DNA of 11,005 nucleotides from an uncultured delta proteobacterium. Its GTDB lineage: Bacteria > Desulfobacterota > Binatia > UBA9968. Each line of letters opens with the position of its first letter. Position 1 is the stretch's first letter. Position numbers and translations under genes: made by a program. Where the stretch lies: assembly GCA_963840855.1 (NCBI GenBank), contig CAWJBB010000070.1, positions 1 through 11,005 of the forward strand, written 5' to 3'. Shown in pieces: positions 6,698 through 11,005 of this stretch. The notes under the pieces were generated by a model, which worked only from the letters and a program-made list of their open reading frames with translations, did not search any database and was not told the origin of the DNA.

Positions 6698-7699
6698 TCA
6701 GTCCAACCCGAGCAAGCGCGCCGCGTTGGCGCCAAGAATTTGTTGCTTCTGACTCGCCGTTAGAAAGTCAAAACGACCGATCTCCGGTACGTCGCGCCAC
6801 GCCGACATGTCGCCGGAGTAATCGGTGCCGAGGAGGACTCGGTCAGCGCCCACGGATTCGGTCAAAAACTTGAGCACGTTGGGCTCATAGACCATGGTGT
6901 CGAAGTAGAACCGGCGAAACATTTCTTCCACGGCGCCGGTAAAATTTATTTTTGGCTCGGCGCGATGTCCATGCCCGTGCCGCCAGCGGCCGGTCAGATA
7001 GGGCGAGACTCCGCCGCCATGGGCGAGCAGAATCTTCAAATGTGGAAAACGATGCATGACGCCGCCGAAGATCAAGCATGCCGCGGCGGTGGTCGTTTCG
7101 ACCGGCAGACCGATGAGATTTTGCAGGTAAAATCTGTTCAGGCCACTGAAACCGGCGCGCAAATCGGGATGAATGAGAACGAGGGTTTGCAGTGCCTCGG
7201 CGCGTTCGAAAAAAAGCAGAAATTCCGGATCGTCGAGATCGCGCCCCGCATAGTTAGTGATAATTTGCACGGCGCGCATTTTGAGCTCGCGCGCGGCGCG
7301 CTCCAGCTCGTCGGCCGCGGCGCGGCCGAAGGGCAGCGGAACCATGCCCATGCCCCAGATGCGCCCGGCATAGTTTTGCTCGATCTCCGCCAGTCCATCG
7401 TTGATCTGGCGGCATGCCCAGACGTTGGTCTGCTCGTCGCAGCCGACGAAATTGACGTAGGGCGGCATGGAAAGAACGACCCCGTCGATGCCGACGGTGG
7501 CGAGTTGCGCCAGGTTTTTTTCGTACTCTGCTCTTTTGGGCTGGAGCGGGTGGGAGCCGCCGTCGGGTTTGAACAGCGCCTCGCCTTTGGCGGTCGCCGC
7601 GATGCGCAAGCCATGGCGCTCGCCGTCACCGCGGCGCAGCGCATCAAAGAATCCTTTCGAGTAACCGTGGTTGTGGATGTCGATGATCTTCGCCGTCAT
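6698..7699 (-). CDS. Amidohydrolase_2 family protein (ACMSD/LigW-like decarboxylase or hydratase), 333 aa
   Basis: IIDIHNH (HxH), INDGLA, AADELERA, LIHP, LLAHGGG..PYL.GR, FYFDT, RVLLGTDY and ILGANAARLL. SD GAGGA. Confidence 0.92.
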   Translation of the reverse strand: MTAKIIDIHNHGYSKGFFDALRRGDGERHGLRIAATAKGEALFKPDGGSHPLQPKRAEYEKNLAQLATVGIDGVVLSMPPYVNFVGCDEQTNVWACRQINDGLAEIEQNYAGRIWGMGMVPLPFGRAAADELERAARELKMRAVQIITNYAGRDLDDPEFLLFFERAEALQTLVLIHPDLRAGFSGLNRFYLQNLIGLPVETTTAAACLIFGGVMHRFPHLKILLAHGGGVSPYLTGRWRHGHGHRAEPKINFTGAVEEMFRRFYFDTMVYEPNVLKFLTESVGADRVLLGTDYSGDMSAWRDVPEIGRFDFLTASQKQQILGANAARLLGLD

Positions 7700-7760
7700 G
7701 AATATCCTCGGCTAATTTTTTATCTTTTACGTGTTCAATGGATCGAATCCATAGAAGTTT

Positions 7761-7901
7761 CTCGCGCCAAGACGCCAAGCACGCAAAGGAAGACTCGTTG
7801 TCATTTCGACCAACGGGAGAAATCTTTCTTAGTTCCCTCGCATTAGCTCGGGATGACGGGCCTTGGCCCGCCACCTTGGCGTCGTTGCGCCTTTGCGCGA
7901 G
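7761..7901. repeat. Nested composite palindromic element (MITE/BIME-like)
   Basis: Outer imperfect inverted arms at 7761-7788 and 7875-7901 are built from CGCMAAG units. They enclose an inverted pair of YGTC REPs (7799-7825 plus, 7858-7831 minus) and a CGGGCC-TT-GGCCCG palindrome (7857-7870). Confidence 0.75.
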
Positions 7902-7958
7902 TCATAGTTTTTCAATTTCCATGATCCGGAATTGGCCAAAAATTTCAAATATGTTTGC

Positions 7959-9014
7959 TTAGTTTTTTTTGAAGAAGATATTCTCGAACCGCTTGCTGCG
8001 CTCCTTCACGAAATTCATGTCTTGCCGGCCGCCGACCACCGGCAAAAGCTTGAGCCCCGTCAGGTCTGCTTCAGGTTCGCCGGCCTTGATGCCTTTGCGC
8101 GCCGCCGCCTGGCCGGTTCTGGCAAATACCTGTTGACCCTCCTCCGAAGTGCTCCACTCCACCCAAAGCTTTGCCGTATTCATGTGCGGCGCATTCTTGA
8201 TGATGGACTGGTAATTGCCCGCGGCCCGGACGCCGTCTTTGGGCTTGAGAAATTTGAGCGGCGCGCCGTTCTTGCGCGCAGCTATGATCTCATCGTGAGA
8301 GGCCGTGATAAACAAAACATACTCACCGCGCACCAGATTAGCCAAAATCGTCCCTGAGTCTTTGCTAAAGAAAATCTCCTGGGTCGCCAATTTTTGCAGA
8401 TACTCAGTGCCGAAAGCCTTCTCCAGGCTGGCCATCAGTCCAGCGCCGCCACCGCTGCCTCTCGGGTCATCCGACGCCATCTTTCCTTTGAATCGCGGCT
8501 GCAGCAAATCCGCCCAGAGCGTGGGCTCTTCGGCCGCCGGCACCAGCTTCGTGTTCACGGCCATGGAAAAAACACTGGCTCTCAGCGGATTAGTGAAATT
8601 TCCTTCGGGAACCAGTTCGGGAATCATATAAGGAAGCTGGGAAGTTTGATACGGTTCAAGAAAGTTCAGATCCGCCAACATCTGGTGATTCGTCGGCCCG
8701 GCGATAATGATATCGCCGATGATACGGCCGGTTTTTTGTTCGGCTATCACTCTCTCGCGAGACTGCGGGCCCGGTTCGTCGAAACCTTCGATGGTAACGG
8801 CTGGATAGCGTTTTCGAAATACACTGACGATGGGCGTGAGGAAGGGCTCGCCCAATCCATAGATCACCAGCTTTCCTTCCTTCTTGGCTCCCTCGTAAAA
8901 TTTTTCCGTAAGCTGTGCCGGCGACTCGGCGGCGGTTGTGACGTGCGAGTTGGCGAGACTCGCCAATATGACGACTAGGCAAATTAGCACGGGTCTTAGA
9001 TTTAGCATGAGCAT
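7959..9014 (-). CDS. ABC transporter substrate-binding protein (AfuA/FbpA/ThiB-like cluster), 351 aa
   Basis: Signal peptide, then AKKEGKLVIY, F.KRYP, P..WADLL.PRFKGK, DPR.SG, LVRGEY and IKNAPH.NTAKLW.EW..SEEGQ. SD AAAGGAG. Confidence 0.92.
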   Translation of the reverse strand: MLMLNLRPVLICLVVILASLANSHVTTAAESPAQLTEKFYEGAKKEGKLVIYGLGEPFLTPIVSVFRKRYPAVTIEGFDEPGPQSRERVIAEQKTGRIIGDIIIAGPTNHQMLADLNFLEPYQTSQLPYMIPELVPEGNFTNPLRASVFSMAVNTKLVPAAEEPTLWADLLQPRFKGKMASDDPRGSGGGAGLMASLEKAFGTEYLQKLATQEIFFSKDSGTILANLVRGEYVLFITASHDEIIAARKNGAPLKFLKPKDGVRAAGNYQSIIKNAPHMNTAKLWVEWSTSEEGQQVFARTGQAAARKGIKAGEPEADLTGLKLLPVVGGRQDMNFVKERSKRFENIFFKKN

Positions 9015-9040
9015 ATGCGGAATCTCCTTTTCGGGTGAAC

Positions 9041-9070
9041 CTTATATCAAACTGGTCGTGATTCAGCCAA
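9041..9070 (-). promoter_or_regulatory. Possible internal promoter for the SBP gene
   Basis: Minus strand TTGGCT, 18-nt spacer, TATAAG preceded by an extended -10 TG (TGaTATAAG). Confidence 0.35.
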
Positions 9071-9147
9071 GCCAATGTCCGAAGCATTATCTACGGAGCC
9101 GACCGCCAGCAGGCTGGTCAACAAGATCTCACTGGCGAGGCGCGCAG

Positions 9148-9201
9148 TTTTCGTGGTCCGTGTTCGAAAAACGATCACGAGCACGAGAAACGATCACGAT
9201 T
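9148..9201. repeat. ACGA(T/G)N hexamer repeat with a partly complementary arm
   Basis: ACGATC ACGAGC ACGAGA A ACGATC ACGATT at 9171-9201, preceded by TTTTCGTGGTCCGTGTTCG, which can pair imperfectly with it. Confidence 0.55.
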
Positions 9202-9208
9202 CTCATTG

Positions 9209-10888
9209 CTAGGCTTGATTGCCGAAGGCGCCAAGACGACGCGCCAGTAACATCGCTACTACATTGATGACGGTCAGCACAACCGCGAGCGCCGATACCA
9301 GTCCCAATCTGGTGCCGACTTGACTGTATTTGAAAAGCGTGACGGCAAGCAGCTCGGTGCCATGAACTGAGAAAAGTATCGTCGTGCTTACGGCGCGAGA
9401 AAAATTGACAAACAGAATAAGTATTCCGGCTGCCAGCGCCGGTTTTAGCAGGGGAACGATGATTCTTCTGAACGTTTGTCCCCAACTGGCGCCGTGCGCC
9501 ATCGAGCATTCTTCAAGCTCGGGACTTAACTGTCCAATCACCCCGGTCATCAGCCGGACCGCTACCGGCAGGCCAATCGTGACAAACACTATGACGAGCA
9601 GTGTGAGTGTGCCGAACAGCGGCAGGGGTAGCATGATGTACGCCCACAACATGCCCACGCCGGCGACGATGCCGGGAATCGCATTGGGCAGCCAACAGAT
9701 CAGATCAAGGGCATTGCGTCCGGCGTATTGTGTCCGCGTCGTAATGTACGCAACCAGAGTACTGAGGATCACTGTCAGAATTGCCGCCGCGCCGCCGAGT
9801 ATGACCGTGTTGGTTAAGCTGCGCCAGACCAAAGGGTCCGTGATGATGGTGGTATAATTTTGCAGCGTCAACATGTCCCACTGGGTCATGCCGAATACGC
9901 GCAGGAACGATCCCAAAACGACCTGGGACAACGGCAACCCCGTCGCCAACAGGAAGTAGCAGATACAGAAAGCGAAAGTTACGTACTTAAAGCGGCCCAG
10001 GCGAACCACTTGGGGTTTATAGCCCTTGCCGGTGATGACGAAGAATTCTTTGCCCCTGAGCAGCTTGTTCTGAATTCGCAATAAAGCCAACATCAAGACA
10101 AAGAAGCTTGCCCCCAAAGCGGTGGCTAAACCGTAATTTACCGGGAAGTCATACTCGATGGCCGCATAGATCCGGTTGCCGAATACGAAGACGCCCGCTG
10201 GTAAGCCAAGAAGTACCGGCACCTCGAAAGCGTCCATGGCGCGAATGAAGCTGAAAAAACTCGCGCCCAAGACGACGGGAGCGATCATCGGTAACGTGAT
10301 GGTGATCGCGGTGCGAACGGGGCCGGCGCCGGATGCCGCCGCCGCCTCTTCGAGAGCGGCATCCATGTTGCGCAACGCCGTCACGAAGAAAAGGAAGAGA
10401 AACGAAACCGATCCCAAGGACATGACCCAGATGATCCCCCACAGGCTGTAGATATTGAACGGGGAAATTTTCAAACCGAAGAGGTCCCGCAGAAAAACAT
10501 TGAGCGTGCCCGTTTTCGGGCTGAGCAGCATGATCCAGCCGATCGCTTCCATAATGCCGGGAATAAAGAAAGGAATGACGATCAGCGTTTCCAGCATGGG
10601 CCGGCATGGCGTATCTGTCCGAGCGACAATCCAGGCCAAGGCTAAGGCAATAATTCCCGCGAAAATAGTCTTGCTGCCGATTAGTAATGCGGTGTTTAAA
10701 AACACCTTGTAGGTGTCGAGATCGCCGTAGGCGGTAATGTAGTTGTTTAAGGTGAAATTGCCGGGAAATCCCGGCCGCTCGGTCCAAAAGCTCCCATAAA
10801 GGAGCATGGCCAAGGGAAAGAGAATCAAAAAGCTCACCACGAGCGTGACCGAGCTCATAGCGAGAGAAGAACGATCAAAGGTGCTCAT
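9209..10888 (-). CDS. Fused two-domain ABC transporter permease (FbpB/AfuB/ThiP-like), about 559 aa
   Basis: About 12 TM segments, two EAA loops (ALEEAAAASGAG and ELEECSMAHGAS), plus RTDTP and FEVP.LLG. The start is placed at ATG 10888; the extension to 10993 is hydrophilic and overlaps an apparent upstream gene end. Confidence 0.88.
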   Translation of the reverse strand: MSTFDRSSLAMSSVTLVVSFLILFPLAMLLYGSFWTERPGFPGNFTLNNYITAYGDLDTYKVFLNTALLIGSKTIFAGIIALALAWIVARTDTPCRPMLETLIVIPFFIPGIMEAIGWIMLLSPKTGTLNVFLRDLFGLKISPFNIYSLWGIIWVMSLGSVSFLFLFFVTALRNMDAALEEAAAASGAGPVRTAITITLPMIAPVVLGASFFSFIRAMDAFEVPVLLGLPAGVFVFGNRIYAAIEYDFPVNYGLATALGASFFVLMLALLRIQNKLLRGKEFFVITGKGYKPQVVRLGRFKYVTFAFCICYFLLATGLPLSQVVLGSFLRVFGMTQWDMLTLQNYTTIITDPLVWRSLTNTVILGGAAAILTVILSTLVAYITTRTQYAGRNALDLICWLPNAIPGIVAGVGMLWAYIMLPLPLFGTLTLLVIVFVTIGLPVAVRLMTGVIGQLSPELEECSMAHGASWGQTFRRIIVPLLKPALAAGILILFVNFSRAVSTTILFSVHGTELLAVTLFKYSQVGTRLGLVSALAVVLTVINVVAMLLARRLGAFGNQA

Positions 10889-10952
10889 TTCGACTCTTGC
10901 CGCGCGAGGAAGATTTGCTGAAGCTATCCGCTCCGAGCCGCCTTTTTCACGT

Positions 10953-11005
10953 TTACTCCACTTTGAAGGGTATCCCTGTCTTTTCTGAAACATCGAGCAA
11001 GTCGT
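10953..11005 (-). CDS. Probable 3' end of an upstream gene (partial, ...DLLDVSEKTGIPFKVE*)
   Basis: The frame is open from the window edge to TAA at 10955-10953 with a protein-like composition. It is too short to assign, though it loosely resembles Ldh_2 dehydrogenase C-termini. Confidence 0.4.
   Translation of the reverse strand, partial: DLLDVSEKTGIPFKVE

Noticed and set aside
6965-7846. 293-aa plus-strand ORF
   Set aside because: It is the antisense shadow of the amidohydrolase and runs into the repeat element. It has no recognisable motifs, and such shadows are common in GC-rich genes.
7701-7968. Possible direct repeat flanking the composite element (AATATCCTCGGCTAATTTTTT versus AATATGTTTGCTTAGTTTTTT)
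   Set aside because: Only 15 of 21 positions match, mostly low-complexity A/T, and the copies are not adjacent to the element ends. This is insufficient for a target-site duplication.
10889-10993. 35-aa N-terminal extension of the permease in the ORF track
   Set aside because: It is hydrophilic, has no SD, and overlaps the apparent 3' end of the upstream gene. ATG 10888 gives a typical length.

Overview
All genes in this window lie on the minus strand and encode transport, catabolic or signalling functions. In transcription order (right to left): the 3' end of an unidentified gene, a fused FbpB/ThiP-type ABC permease, its solute-binding protein, an ACMSD-like amidohydrolase, a DUF4242 (SCO4226-like, His-rich) plus class III nucleotide cyclase fusion, a BBE-like FAD oxidoreductase interrupted by a 1-bp frameshift near its 5' end, an MFS transporter, an orphan TctC/Bug binding protein, a CADD/PqqC/TenA-fold heme-oxygenase-like dimetal enzyme, and a VOC protein. 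Several large intergenic spacers hold small palindromic repeats: a GTAG-type REP pair, YGTC-type REPs, a nested composite element, and hexamer/heptamer repeats. No rRNA, tRNA, CRISPR array or transposase was seen. The best candidates for undescribed systems are (i) the DUF4242-cyclase with its flavin oxidase neighbour and (ii) the TctC-HDO-VOC unit, whose HDO keeps all six CADD-type metal ligands but lacks the residues CADD sacrifices to make pABA. Family calls come from motif recognition only; no database searches were run.
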